64,000 nt of DNA from Squalus acanthias (GCA_030390025.1 CM059432.1:105154001-105218000); one strand, 5' to 3'; shown: positions 39,631 to 53,443, numbered from the stretch's first letter. Notes: generated from the sequence alone by a model not told the origin. Numbers and translations are program-made.

Positions 39631-39867
39631 TTGTGGGGAAAATGCTTGAAAACGTTACATAGGATCTGCCAATGTTCAAACAGCAATCAGCATCTAACTG
39701 ATCTGCTGTAACTTTTTCATGGGGGAAAACTGAATTTGTGCTATCTAGTGAAAATAATTTACTTGGATTTTCAGAAGGAATTTGATAAAATTTCACAAGG
39801 GATCCTTTTGACTATGGGCTGATTTTCATCTACTGCTGTAAATCAGCTTTAAATGGTTAAGAAATAA

Positions 39868-40605
39868 TGGCCCAAAAATTAGTGCCGCTACGCGAGAGTA
39901 CGCACTGTGTACTCTCGCGTATTCTGTCTCCAATTGCCGGTTTTCTGCATGCACTGCGCATGCGCTGAAAACCGGCACTTGGTGAATGGAAAAGGGGGCG
40001 GGTCCTAGGTGAACCGCGTGCGCGCTACAGGCTGCGCGCACGCTGTGCACTTAGTGGTTTCAACGCGCAGGTAAGTACGGAAGATTCTACACATAAAAAA
40101 AGGAGTAAGACCCACTTTTAACAAGGTAAGTAGTGAATTAAGTATTATTTTGAATTTTTTTTAACAGGTATATCTTTTTTAGAGACTTTAAAGACAGGTA
40201 AGTTTATTTTTATAACTTTTTAAAAGATTTTAAATTTTTTGAAAAATTAAATTTTTTATTTAAAATGGTTAATTTATTTAACTATACTTATTTTATTAAT
40301 GTGATGTTTTTTTTTATTTAATTGAGGTTTAGCGGTTCTTTTGGGGGGCTATAGTATTCATAACTTTCACAGCACTTATGTGAAAGTTATGAATGGAAGA
40401 TGGTGTGCTGCCATTGGCTCTAACTGAGTCACGTGATCCCACAGCTCGCACGAATTAACTACGCCGGTAGGATACACAAGCCCAGCACAGCAGCTGTCTG
40501 AACATCAAGTTCGTGCGAGCTGGAACTGAAAAAGCCAACGCGGAATGAGAGATCGCGGGGAGGCCTTACCCTTGCACGAAGGCTTCCTCACGAATTTTTG
40601 GCCCA
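39868..40605. mobile_element. Harbinger-type MITE
   Basis: TIRs TGGCCCAAAAATT...AATTTTTGGCCCA. Confidence 0.8.
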
Positions 40606-43114
40606 TTATTATTCTCATCAGAATGTGCAAATAGCATTCAAATTCTGTGGGTCATTGCATTCACATTATTCATAGATCCAGCTGCCAATTTGGATGGGTA
40701 TATGGAATTGAAAACTGCATGTAAATGACATTTAAGAGATAGAATCAATTAAAGGGAAGTGTCACAAAAATTCTGGAAGCATTTAGAAAGATTGAAAAGG
40801 CATCTCAACCTATTAGGTTCCTTTGTTAGGACTCAAAGGCCATGGGTTACCACAAATGACAGTACAAAACAATGGGAAAGAATGCCCAAGGTGAGAGCAG
40901 GAGCCTGCAGACAAGTGAAGGAGCAGACCAACACATGACACCGCCCCGCGCCCCCCCCCCCAACCACCGTACTGTTTGATGGCTGAAGTGGAGGTGATTG
41001 CAAGAAGGATCCCTCTGTGCCACCACACAGCGCCATCCCTATAAATCTATATTGCAGCAGGAAATAGCATGGACCTGGTGTAAAGATCAGAAAAAGATGT
41101 GGGAGGAGTCATTCCTGCATTTTTGGGATATTATAATGAAGCTCCAGGGAATTTCTTCCTGGCCTGCTGAAAATGTGAATGATATGCAAAAGGGGTAGAA
41201 ACCTGGCATTAAGAGTCTCAATCCCCTTTTCCCTGCTGTCATACCCCATGAACTAGTGCACATGGTGAGCTCACAAGACAAAAATGGGTCCTCTGGATTT
41301 AATGGCGAATTAGCTAACTGGATTGACAACAGGCTTGGTATAGGAAACAAAAGTCAATAATAAAATAGAAAAAGCTGTCTGTGCAGTGACTAAACAAATT
41401 ACACTTGCATCTGTTACAAGTCCCCTGCTGTTCACACTATCCAGAATTGATTTTGGAGGCAGGCATTTTCTGAAATCGAACATTGCTAGGCAACAAATAT
41501 AAAGGTCAACAAACAGCATTAAAAAATGTTCAAAACTCAAATTAAGCAGATAGGCTGAGCAATGGCAGATGAATTTTGATTGCAGATGTGAATGTAACAT
41601 ATTGCATATTGGAAACAAATGCGTACATGGTAGAAGGGTCCCATTTTAAGCACACCAGTAAAGTGTGGGCAAGGCCCAAACCCTACAGGGTTTGCATCAA
41701 TGAGTGCTTCCCCTTAACGGGAGGACACCAACTTTTTTTTAAAACCGTCTCTCCCTTTTAATAGGAGAGAGTGACAAATCATTTTTTTCTTTGTTGCTGG
41801 TTTGTCAAGTTAGTCACAGAGGGGTGAAATTACCAGGTGTTAGAATCAACATATATGCTAAGTGTTCATTATTATGCAGCAATTTGGTGTGCTAGCATTA
41901 ATAGAACATTAGTTCATTGTTGCCCATGCTTTTAAAGTTTCTCCTGGGACCAAGATGGTTTAACATGTTAAATCAGAGCTGTGTTGATGCCAGTGTTGAT
42001 TGTTTTTAAAATTTACTAATGCTTTGCTTCGCAGCAACTGAAGCCAAGGATACAAATTTAGCTAAGCTTCCTTTCAGCCCACATCATAATAATGCCTGCT
42101 CTAAGGGCAGCATTAATGCAGTGAAGAGAGCTGACAGAGGTTGATCACAGGGAAGAAGAAGAAAAAATCATTCAACTGTTTCCATCCTCACAGCAACATG
42201 GGTGCATCAGCAAACCTTTGCTCAATGTGTTGAAGGAGGAGATGAGTAACAAGTAGGGTCCCCAACCCTCCCAGAATGACCGGGAGTTACCCAGAATCGG
42301 GGGTACCTCTCCCGAGCTGTGCCTCCAGCAGCCAGGGAGTCAGTTCTTTCAATTTCCCGTCAAAGTGCACTCCCCGTGATGTCACTGGCCACTGTTAAAG
42401 CCTCAGGCTTGGTGATGCCACCCAACCACCGCCGCAGAGAGCCACGACCACGCAGGGCTGGAGAGTTGGGAATTAGGAAGGTCGGGAATTGAGGGTGTCA
42501 GCTTTCTGGGAGTTTCTGAACTCGTGAGGGCTCTGAAATCGTGGGGCTTGAAATCGGTGGGGGAGAAAAGGAGAATGGGAGGGGATCAAGGGGAGACTGG
42601 GAAATGGGGATAGGGGAAAGATGGAAACTGGGGAATCAGGGCTCGGGGGGGTGGGGGAAAGAGATGGAGAATGGGGCATCAGGGGGAGAAATGGGGTTTG
42701 GAGGCAGTGGGAGAGAAGGGGCTGGGGGATTGGGGCGGCGTGAAGTTCAGCATTTCCCACAGCGTCGGGAGCAGCAGCAGTAAGGTTGTGAGTGGAAGAG
42801 GCACTGAGAGAGGAGCAGCCTGTAAAGGGGTGAGTGAAACCCAAAGATCTTAGTGTGGGAAAATAGTGAAAGATTATTTCCATTGATGGGTGAATGGGGA
42901 ACTAGGAAATGGAAAACACAGATGCTCACTGGAAGAAACAAGGAGGAAGGAGGAGGAAAGTTCTTAAACTCAGGGCTATTAGACCGTGGGATACTTCACC
43001 ATATGTGGTGATTAAGGTACAGACTAAAACTTAATTTCAAAGGGAATGGGATATATATTTGAAAAGGAGAATATAAAAAGATCTGGGGGGGTGAAGGGGG
43101 GGAATGGCAGCATC

Positions 43115-44105
43115 GGGGGCCGAATAATTCGATGAAAACTTTCCTTTAGCAGGTCTGAGCTCAGGGAGTGCTTTAGAAATGTTGGTGCTGAGCTGAGTTT
43201 AGGACAATGTGCCCTGCGAGAACTGCCTCAAACACTGAGCCCACTGCCCTTTGTGCAATCTCTCGGTTTGGTTCAGGTCGGTTTGTGCCGCCCAGTTTTG
43301 ACGTGTAAAGTCCAAGTACAGATTGGCTCTGACTGAGTTCCCAGTTCAGAGTTGTCACCGTCACACGGAACCCGAGTCCAAACCAGTGTCCAAGGAGATA
43401 GGGAGAGAGATCGGGCCTGTAAAAAGTGACATTGTCTGGAGAGCCTGACCGCATCTTGTCCAATGCAGGGTGATTCGGGCTACCGTTTCAGGGTGAATAT
43501 CAGCGGGTTATAGGATTACTACTAGTTACAGATAGGATATCGGGGCATTACACCCATTACTAGCAGTTACATATAAACTATCAGAGAGTTATTGTATTAC
43601 TGTTGGTTATGATGGGAATCTGAGGTTTACCAGCATTAATATTAGTCATCAGCACAATTTCATTGAGTTACCACTAGCTTCTGGTGGAATCAAAGTTCCT
43701 CCCATCTCTGGTTTCCTCTCTGTGAATTGCTTCCCCACCTTCAGATTCCCCTCTTCACTGCACTGGGCTTCCCCTCTTTGCCTGATCGCGTCTTCTACCC
43801 AGGGCCTAACGGGTAATATAAACCTTGATTGCGCCTTGTTTAACTACTGCTCAGATGCTGTAATGTATCAAGTCTTACTTTCACTGAAAAAATAGAATTA
43901 TTGTCATCAATACGGGTCAAGTCGAATCATTCGGAACTTAGGAGTGAAAGGGTTAATTGGCACAGACCCAGGAACTCAACAAACAGAACAGGCTGACAAG
44001 TTCTTTTTTGAAAGATGGGCATTTCCAGGGTACAGGTGACATCAACTGCACCTATGTGGCCATTCAAGCACCTGTGCAACATCTCATAGTCAATAGAAAA
44101 GGATG
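43115..44105 (+). mobile_element. Degraded Harbinger left end with DDE transposase remnant
   Basis: GGGGCCGAATAATT start. 44015-44105 encodes GHFQGTGDINCTYVAIQAP..VNRKG, matching the HARBI1-family motif GFP.V.GAIDCTHVAI.AP...NRKG. Confidence 0.65.
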
Positions 44106-45715
44106 TTTTCTGAAGAGGCTTCTCAATAAGATTGAAGCCTCTGGTATTAGTGGTAATAAATTGAGCTGGATTGAGAACTGGCTGGCAGGACGTAGGCAAA
44201 AAGTAGTTGTAGATGAATTTAGATCTGTTTGGAGACTGGTCACCACTGGTGTCCCGCAGGGATTGGTGTTGGGACCGTTGCTCTTTACTATTTTTATCAA
44301 TGATTTAGATGTAGGTGTTGGGGGCATGATCTATAAATTTGCAGAAGATACTAAGATCTGTGCGAGTGTTAGGACTGTAGATGATGCTTGTCTGCTTCAG
44401 ACGGATCTTAATGTGTTGGGAGATTGGGCTCATGACTGGCAAATGATGTTTAACTTGGATAAGTGCAGTGTTATGCATGTGGGCAGGGCAAATACTCAAC
44501 GTGTATACACCCTTCAGGGAAAAGCATTAAAGCAGATGGAGAAAGAAAGATTTGGGGATTCTAGTGTATAGATCTCTAAAGGTACATGAGCAATGCCATG
44601 AAGCGATAGCTAGAGCAAATAGGGTGTTGGGGCGCATTCATAGGACAATTGAGTATAAGACGAGGTATACTATTTTGTCTGTGTACAAGACCTTGGGGTC
44701 AGGCCTCATTTGAAATACTATCTCCAGTTTTGGTCTGCTCACAAGGTAGGTGATATTGAAGCTTTGGAAAGGATGTAGAGGAGGGCCACTAGACTAATTC
44801 CTAGTACAAAGCATCTTAGTTATCAAGATAGGCTAAAAGAGTTGGGACTCGACACTTCAGAGAAGCATAGAATTAGGGGTGATCTGATTGAGGTATATAA
44901 GATGATGAAGGGAATAGATTGTGTTCCAGTTTGTTCTAATTAAATAGGTTAGGAAGGACCATTTTAAGTTGCGCAAGGCCAGATCTAGGTTACATGTCAG
45001 GAGGTGGTTCTTTTACCAGAGAATACTGGATCTCTAAAGCAGGCTGTCGTCTCATGCGGTGGACGATGACTTGCTGAATTCCTTGAAGCGAGAGCTGGAC
45101 CTGTTTCTGGTTGGGGCGGACATCACCTCTTACAAAAGGTAAGTACTTCAGGGAATTCAAAGCCAGAGTAATCTCCTGGACTAGTTTCGATTGCCTAGAT
45201 GGTCGGAGAGGAACTTTCCAGACTTTCCCCCCCCCCCCAAATTGGCCTGGGTTTGTATCTTTTTTTTGCCTCTCCCAGAAGATCACATGGTTTCGGGTGG
45301 GGTGGGGAGTGTATGTATTGTGAAACACAAAATATAGCAATTGTGTGGGACAGGCTGGATGGACCAGAGGGTCTTTACCAATGATCCCGCTAAGGTGCGC
45401 ATGCGCACACGGCCGCGCAGTAATCTGAAAGGTCCCGTGCAGGTTGCTCACCGGCTTTTACATTGTAAATACTGCGCATCAATGTTCCCTATAATTTTTA
45501 TTTTAAGTATGCGGTCCCCTTAAATTTGCTGCGCGGCCACGCATGCGCAGTATCTTTTCCATGGAACAGCTGGTGAGTGGCTCCCGATTAGAGGGAATGT
45601 TGCCGCGCATGCGCAGAAATTTAAAGGGACTGCGTACTAAAATAAACAGGCCGTGCAGAACAAAGTGCAGCTCACAGGGAACGTTGGTCTTTACCTGTCC
45701 GTCACTGTTCGTATG
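44106..45715 (+). mobile_element. CR1 5'-truncated copy with long 3'UTR
   Basis: WIENWLAGRRQKV, GVPQGLVLGPLLF, KFAED, FNLDKCSVMH; tail GGCTGGATGGACC..GTCTTTACCTGTCCGTCA. Confidence 0.9.
45379..45686 (+). mobile_element. hAT-type MITE containing a nested related MITE (45480-45602)
   Basis: Outer TIRs CAATGATCCC...GGGAACGTTG with 8-bp TSD GTCTTTAC. Inner TIRs CAATGTTCCC...GGGAATGTTG with 8-bp TSD CTGCGCAT/CCGCGCAT. Confidence 0.88.
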
Positions 45716-46257
45716 AATTATCAGAGCTCACTGCCAAAGAACTGCATGTAAATGTGCAGTTTCCAGGGAGTGCCCACGACATCTGCATCTTAAATGGGTT
45801 CCCCACTTATTTTAGGGTCAGAAAAGTTAAAACAGTTGGCCCTTTGGAAATATGGCTTATTCATTCAAAATGTAGTTCAACACCACTGTGCAATTCCGTA
45901 TCTCAGAGAATATTACAATGTACATTCAAAAGGCAGGATTTAAGCATTCTCTATAGTATGCCTTAGACAGAACTGATAGAATGGTAATCGCATGCTACAA
46001 ACTGCACAACAAAGGTTTTGAAAGAGACATCCAGGTGTTTGTGGAAGATGAACAGCTGGATTTAAAAAAAAATTAACCATTCCTCAGTAGTTCTCCTTAT
46101 ATGGAAACCATTAGTTTTGAAAAAAAAAACTGCATTGAAGTGCTTTTTTAAAAAAGTCTATTCAAAATAGCAAAGCTAATATGTGCTTAACACACAGGTT
46201 ATCATGCCTACTTCACATGGTACATGAAATCAGTGCAGCATGTTATTTCTACTTTAT

Positions 46258-46428
46258 GGTGGTGAATTTCCACAGGGGGTCCCAGATTATCCACTATAAC
46301 TTCAGCAGAAGCACTACTGAAACCCGGAAAAGACATTAATGCTGTTTGCGCCAATTTTCCGAGGTTTCAACAACTATTGCGCTAAGTTACAGTGGATGAG
46401 TGGGAGAACCCCTGTGGGAATTCGCCCC
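46258..46428. mobile_element. Short palindromic Harbinger-type MITE
   Basis: GGTGAATTTCCACAGGGG...CCCCTGTGGGAATTCGCC long imperfect TIRs. Confidence 0.7.
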
Positions 46429-49025
46429 ATGACTCCTACCGGAAGGAGTAGCTGTGTCCTGATGCCATGTACCAAGATCTGCAGATCTTGATCTATTCCC
46501 TCCACTTCTTGCAGAAATTGTGCATGTCAGATCTGTAGTGCCCTATAGTCTATTTATACTAGTTAAGTAACTGTTTATCTCATTGAGCAACACTGCAGTC
46601 ATTTCCAATTGGCTCAGTTGTGCATAACAACATTCTAATGCACCCAAACTTCTAGAAAGCAGAGAAGCAGAGTATAGCAAAGATTTTAAATCCCATTAGC
46701 AGAGGAATGTCACCTCCTACAAATCTCATTTTTCAGCATTTTCTTTGTAATTACTGAGTTGAATTCAGAACAGTATTGAGGAAAAGCACTGACATTTAAC
46801 GTAACTTGGCACACAAGAGTATAAAGTAATAGCTCTCAAAGATCGAGCTGAAAGTTTCAGCGATTTTTTTCTGCTGCAAAAGGAAAAAACAGAAAGCCGT
46901 GGGTTTGGGGATAGGAGGCTTTAGAGCTCTCACTTTGGTTGAGATTCTAAACTCAAAAGTCTACTGTTAAAGAATGAATCTGACATTCTGGTTGCTGTTA
47001 ACAGAAGAGATCAATGAATTGATTAGTGCAAACACTGAAGTCCGAGTGTACCTAGTCCAACAATGTGTGGAATTTACAGTGGCAAACAAATGCAATAAAC
47101 CCAGTTTGGAAATTGAATATCTAGGCCTTTCTACTATATTAACCTTCTAAAATGCAATTAATTTTAATCCACTTTAAGGTGGGTAACAGCCTTCTTGAAT
47201 ATATTATTCGATTAGATGTCCACCAATATAAATACCTCTATAGAGTAGTTTCATTTTCAAATCCCTAATTGGAGATGACTAATAAACCCCATACTAAAGA
47301 TAATTAATTTCAAACAATAATACATGAACATTTCTGTTAACTACATTGTACTACACAACTTAGCAGAAAAGGGTAATTTATTAATTTACAAGCTTTGTTG
47401 GTACAATATAATTAATCTAGCAGATCATGAAGATATTAGTTCACCTTATGATATTCAGAAAACTTGTCACTTCACTTTAAAGGCATTTTGCTTGATACAG
47501 TACTGCATCTTGATGGAAGTGAAGTGATAAAAAGGGAAATGGGAAGAGAATCTGTTAGACTTACGAACATTCCAAAAACAAATTTACTGGCTAATTAAGA
47601 AGTAGCACTGATGGAGAAGGTAATTGATTAATTGGCTTATCTTGAATCAAAGTTGATCTGTTAACTGTACTTTCTTATGTCTCTGGGCATTATGCAGACT
47701 GCACCACCACTCCCAAACTGTGCAAGAGCACCCCTTACTAACCCTGGCACAATTAGGATTTAAAATTTACTACATAGATATGGAATTAACATAAGAAAAT
47801 CTAGAGTGAGAAAATGCCATTCAGTCCATCCAAAGTCCATGCATGATTATTTTATTAGGGACTGCCCTTCCATACCATCTCCTACTTCAGGGAATTTCCT
47901 TCATGATCTCTCCTTTCAAAAGTTTTTTTTTTAAACTTACTGGTGGAAGTCTTATTTCAGTTCATCACCTATTTCTATTTCTTATGTAAACCATCTCATC
48001 TTTATTTGCCGAAGAAAGCCACGGTGAGTTGAAGAAAAACTTGAAGAGCCTACTAATTAAAACAACTAGGGCCAGAAAGCCATGAAAAAAATCCAATTCT
48101 TTATTTTGGCATTGCAAATCAAGTCCAGAGACTTCTGGTGGTTTAACAATAAATAAATGGAGAATTTGGATTTTTTGTAGATTCAGGAGACAATAGATTT
48201 TTACTATCAGTCTGAAAAAGATCCAGGAATTTATTTGAGGGAGGGGGGAGGGGAACAGAGAGGAGAAACAGTAAAAATAGATAACAGATTTTAAATGATC
48301 CATATAGTTTCACTATTAGTAACCCATTTAGCAAATGAAATAGTGACAAAGATAAACACCTTTCCCCCACTAGTCTACTGTGTTTTTTTTTTGAATGATT
48401 CATACTGATGGCATTATTTCTGGAATTGGTTTGAAGGCAGTTAATGAGATTCATTGTGAGAACTCAATTAATATGGCAATAAGCTTCATGAGAACCCTGG
48501 GTGAGTGACTAATGATATTAATCTATATTGATCGCACTGTGAGGCTCAGTAATTTATTCTAGACTTTTCTTTATGTCATCAATATTCACTAAGCAAAAAA
48601 AACAAAAAAAAACAAAAAAGACTCTGAAGTTGGTTTTAAATGGAATATTGATAACAAGGCTCCCTTCAATTTGTACCACTTACTGCTTTACACACAAGAA
48701 ACGGTACTGTATTTTGTCCTTTCTTTCGATATTGTGCTACGATTTTGTTTTGCTCGAATAGAATTGTCTTCCTTTAATCCCTAATACTTATATACCAGCA
48801 CATGCAAAATGAGTTGCAATAAGTGCTGCAGCAGTTGGATTTCATCCTGTAGCCAGCTCAATTGGAACCATTTTCAAGACTATAAATGATCACCTCCCTA
48901 ATCAGATTAAAAATAAGAAAAACAATTTGTACCAGACTTCTCTGATAGAATTTACTTGACAAAACAATCACAAACACAGAACAGTCAACTTAAATTGACC
49001 ACTGCAGGATATAAACATACATGTG

Positions 49026-49637
49026 TATAAGAAAATAGGAGATAGGAGTAGGCCATACAGTCCCCCTCAAGCCTGCTCTGCGATTCAATAAGATCATGGC
49101 TGAACTTTTACATCAACTCCACTTTCCCACCCTACATATCCCTTGATTCCCTTAGTGCCCAAAAATCTACTGATCTCAGTCTTGAATATACTCAACGACT
49201 GAACATGCACAGCCCTCTGGGGTACAGAACTCCAAAGATTCACAATCCTCCGAGTTAAGAAATTTCTCCTCACAAGTCCTAAATGGCCAACTCTTTATCC
49301 TAAGACTATGCCCCCTCATTCTAGGCTCTCCAGGAAGGGGAAACAGCCTCTCGGCATCTACCCTGAAAAGCCCCAAGAATTTTATACGTTTCAATGAGAT
49401 CACCTCTCATTCTTCTAAACTCCAGAGGGCATAGGCCCATTCTACTCAATCTCTCCTCTTAGGACAACACTCTCATCCTAGAATCAACCTAGTCAACCTT
49501 CGTTGCACCCACCCTAAGACAAGTATATCCTTCCTTAGGTAAGGAGACCAAAGCTGTCACACCAAATCCCTATATAATTCCTTACTCTTGTACTGCAACC
49601 CCCTTGCAATAAAGGTTAACATACCATTTGCCTTCTT
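49026..49637 (-). mobile_element. CR1 3' fragment abutting the Copia 5' LTR remnant
   Basis: Standard CR1 C-terminal sequence and tail. Confidence 0.88.
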
Positions 49638-49695
49638 AACTAAAGACTAGGCTCGAGTACTCTATCCTTCACTGCCTGGCTATCCAATTTTTACA

Positions 49696-49713
49696 TGGCA
49701 GCAGAGAATGGTT
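49696..49713 (+). promoter_or_regulatory. Primer-binding site complementary to initiator tRNA-Met
   Basis: TGGCAGCAGAGAATGGTT versus TGGTAGCAGAGGATGGTT (16/18), immediately after the LTR-ending CA. Confidence 0.85.
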
Positions 49714-51457
49714 GCCTAAAGGTGGAGATTAGAAACTAGTATTTTTTTGGGGACATAACTTGAAAGCCTAGTGGCCATTGTGGAAAATGGCAGAAAGCAA
49801 GTTTAAATCGTCAAGGTACGACTACTCTCTGAAGTTCTCAGAGTTTGAACTGTATGACCAGTGGAAGAATGAGGTTGACATGTGGACACAGGTTACTGTT
49901 CTACCAAAGAGAAATTAAGGCATGGCCTTGGCGCTGTCACTCCCTAAACAAAGTAAAATCGGAAGTAAGGTATTTTCTGAGATGGATGAAGATCAGTTGG
50001 ATAATGATGAAGGCTTTGACCTTCTAATAGAATTCCTGGATAAAATTTACAAAAAAGATGACTTGTTAAATGCCTATGAGGCCTGGTCAGAATTTGATAG
50101 ATTTTGGAAAATGGACTGTTATTCAAATGGAAGAGTATACCATGGACTTTAACAAATTGTACAAAAGGTTGACAAAGTTTAATTGGTACTAGCGTTTAAA
50201 TTACTAGATTGTGCTAAGGTGTCTCATATGGACAAGCAACTGTCCATATGAGACACCAGTTCTCGGAAAAGATGTCTGCTGCCGTAAAAATTCCTGGGGA
50301 AACACTCATTCCCTTCAGCCTTCATGGAACAAATGAGGCGTTCCACTGTGACACAAAGAATAGCAGAATTGATGGTTACCAGGTTTTGAAATATTTCCAG
50401 ATACCGGACGCAGGCATCACTATAACGGAAGGATTAAAGACAGACAGAGTGGTGAGGAAAGCACTTCCAGAAAATCCGGTTATATCAACAGAAGATGAAA
50501 TTGGGACAGTAATAATGGCCGAATTAATTCCAAGAATGCCCAAGGAAAAATCAATAGATGCTTTAGATGCGACTAAGTATCATTATGCAGTGAATTGCCC
50601 AGAGTGAAGACGCAGGGTCCTTGAAATGATGAAGAAAGAGGAAGAGGATGAAGATAATGATGACTATGAACAGATTATGCTGGTCACATGGAGTTTTAAT
50701 CTTGTGATGAATGTATTAGTTGCTGACTCCTTTAATTGTGCGGTATTAGATAGAGCATGCACTTCAACTGTATGTGGGGTAGACTGGTTAAAATGTTATC
50801 TTGATTCACTAGGTAGTGATGATCGATGCAAGGTTAAGGAATACAAAAGAACTACATGCTTTAGGTTTGGCGATGACAACACCTTCAGGTCACTCAAGAG
50901 TGGTAATTCCATGCAAGATAGTTGGAGTAAGCACGGATGTAGTTTCTAGTCTCTCGTGAGATACCTAGGCTTTTGAGTAAACCTTCCATGAAAAAGGCAC
51001 AAATGAAACTTGACATGGAACATGATAAGTCAATTATTTTTGGGAAATCAATTGAGCTGCAGTTTACGCAGTCAGGATATTATTGTATCCCCTTAACAAA
51101 ACCTGATGTTTCTCATCGGAGAGTGAGGCAAATATTAATGGCATCAGCTGATAAGGAGAAGAGGGAATAAAAAACAAATTGTCTTAAAGTTACATAAACA
51201 ATTTGCCGACCCTAGTTGTCAACGTTTAAAACTCCTGCTAAAAAGTGCAGGTGTAGTTGATGAGGAGTATACGAGGATAATAGAGATTAGTGAAAACTGT
51301 GAAATCTGTAAGAAGTATAGAAGGACGCGCCCACGTCCTATTGCAAGTCTTCCATTAGCACGTGACTTTAATGAGGTACTTGCCATGGATCTAAAGGTAT
51401 GGGACAAAGACAGAAATGTTTTCATCTTACATTTTATTGACCTGGCTAGGAGACTTA

Positions 51458-52347
51458 AGGGGAGAAATTCGGTATCTCCCCGTTTGGGGCGCAATTATCG
51501 GCCGGGCGCAAAGTTTTGCGCCTGGCGCTAATTATCGCCTCCGACTGCAAACTTGGCTTCTATCGCCCCTGGAGGTGATTGGAGCGCTAAATCAGGCGCT
51601 ACACACCTCTCTTAAGGCGCCAACGCCGAGGAGCAGGAGCTACCTCAGAGCGCTGGCGAAGCTCATGTGATGTCAGTCAGCAATGGAACACAGACACACT
51701 GGCGCTGGCCAGTTCTTAAAGGGGAGGGTCGATCTTGCTCTCCATCCACACCCTGCTCATTGCAGCCTTGAATCTCGGCCTGGCGAGACCTGCACATCAA
51801 ATCTGCTGGAAAGAACAATGGAAAAGCCCAGGGAAAGAGCTCAGAGTGCAGCCCCTATAGTCTCTTCTAAATCGATGCAAGGGAGGTAAAATCAAAATGA
51901 ACCTGCAAAGTGCTGCTCAGTACCCAAAACACCTTCACACAGCGTTGAATCTCTCCAGAAGTCTCTCTCACTCTCTCAGAATGCGTGGTACAAAAATGTC
52001 GGCGACAAAAAAAGGCAGGAAGCGTTCGCCTTTAAATAGCGCTCCCCCAGTCCCTTCCCGACTGCAAAACGTTCCCCTCAACCTGTCGTTGCTAGCGGCA
52101 GGCGGAAAGGCAGGGAGCGCCACTCAATATCTGGTCCGGGTGCTACCGGGGCGTTGCACGCTCGACTGAAGTCACGATCTGCGGGCGCAGGAGATCGTGG
52201 CATTAGTGTTTAGCGCCGCCGCAAAATGTCTGGTCAATTTTGCGAGCGGCGCAAACATCGCTGCGCCCGGGCGCTAGTTGCTTTGTACCCCATTAGTGCC
52301 CTGTTAGGGCGCTAACGGGAGGCACAAAGCAACCGAATTTTTCCCCC
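51458..52347 (+). mobile_element. Harbinger non-autonomous element inserted in Copia integrase
   Basis: Copy of 6739-7613 with TSD TTA. Excision restores FIDLARRLSISTLVYSKEKK. Confidence 0.92.
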
Positions 52348-52705
52348 TTAGTATTTCTACACTAGTATATAGTAAGGAGAAGAAGGTTATTATTGATAAA
52401 ATTATGGAAAAATGGATAGGGATTGGACTTGGGATACCAGCAAAGATTTTGACAGATAATGGTGAATTCGCTGATGAGGAATTCAGAGATATGTGAGAAT
52501 ATGAATATCACTGTCATGAATACAACAGCTGAGAGCTCTTTTAGCAATGGTCTTTGTGAAAGGAATCATGCTGTGATTGATGACATGGTGCGTAAAATTT
52601 TGGAGAGTGTAAATTTTACCAGAGTGTAAATTGTTAACTGCCCTAGCATGGACAAAAGTGAGAAGTCGCACAACACCAGGTTATAGTCCAACAGTTTTAG
52701 TTGAA

Positions 52706-52744
52706 ATCACAAGCTTTCGGAGCTGCTGCTCCTTCGTCAGGTGC
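52706..52744 (-). ncRNA. Minimal type I hammerhead ribozyme
   Basis: Minus strand CAC-CTGACGA-A-GGAG-CAGCAG-CTCC-GAAA-GCTT-GTG. Confidence 0.75.
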
Positions 52745-53404
52745 AGTGAAGGAATACGAATCGGCAAAGCATATATAGACAGAGAACAATGTCTGTGCAG
52801 CGTACAATGTCAGACGACTACAGTTAATCTTTCTGGCTGTTTTTCTGCCAAGGTGTGATAAAAGGCAATCAGGTCAGTCAGGAAGGCATTATATCAAAGA
52901 CATAGCAAAATACAACTAAGACAATGAGGTGGGGTCACAGGGGGTCTAATGTGTCAAATGCAGTCTGTATGGAAAACCATAAACTTTAAACTTTTTACTT
53001 TTTTTTTACTGGAAATCACATCTGTGAACAATCCAACGACGACTCGAGTCTGGATGACTCTACGTCATGTAGCGTGACATGAACCTAAGATCCCGGTTGA
53101 GGCCGTCCTCATGGGTGCGGAACTTGGCTATCAGTTTCTGCTCGATTATTTTGCGAAGTTTAAAGTTTATAGTTTATGGTTTTCCATACAGACTGCATTT
53201 GACACATTAGACCCCCTGTGACCCCACCTCATTGTCTTAGTTGTATCTTGCTATGTCTTTGATATAATGCCTTCCTGACTGACCTGATTGTTTCTCTGCC
53301 GAGGTGTGATAAAAGGCAGTCAGAAAGATTAACTGTAGTCGTCTGACATTGTACGCTGCACAGACATTGTTCTATATATGCTTTGCCGATTCGTATTCCT
53401 TCAC

Positions 53405-53443
53405 TTCACCTGACGAAGGAGCAGCACTCCGAAAGCTTGTGAT
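53405..53443 (+). ncRNA. Minimal type I hammerhead ribozyme
   Basis: TCAC-CTGACGA-A-GGAG-CAGCA-CTCC-GAAA-GCTT-GTGA: CUGANGA and GAAA core, stem II GGAG/CTCC, stem I TCAC/GTGA, palindromic AAGCTT stem III. Confidence 0.8.

Noticed and set aside
46440..48780. Exon-like minus-strand segments and TAAT-rich enhancer-like patches
   Set aside because: In-frame stops or ambiguous splice sites, and conservation cannot be assessed from this sequence alone.
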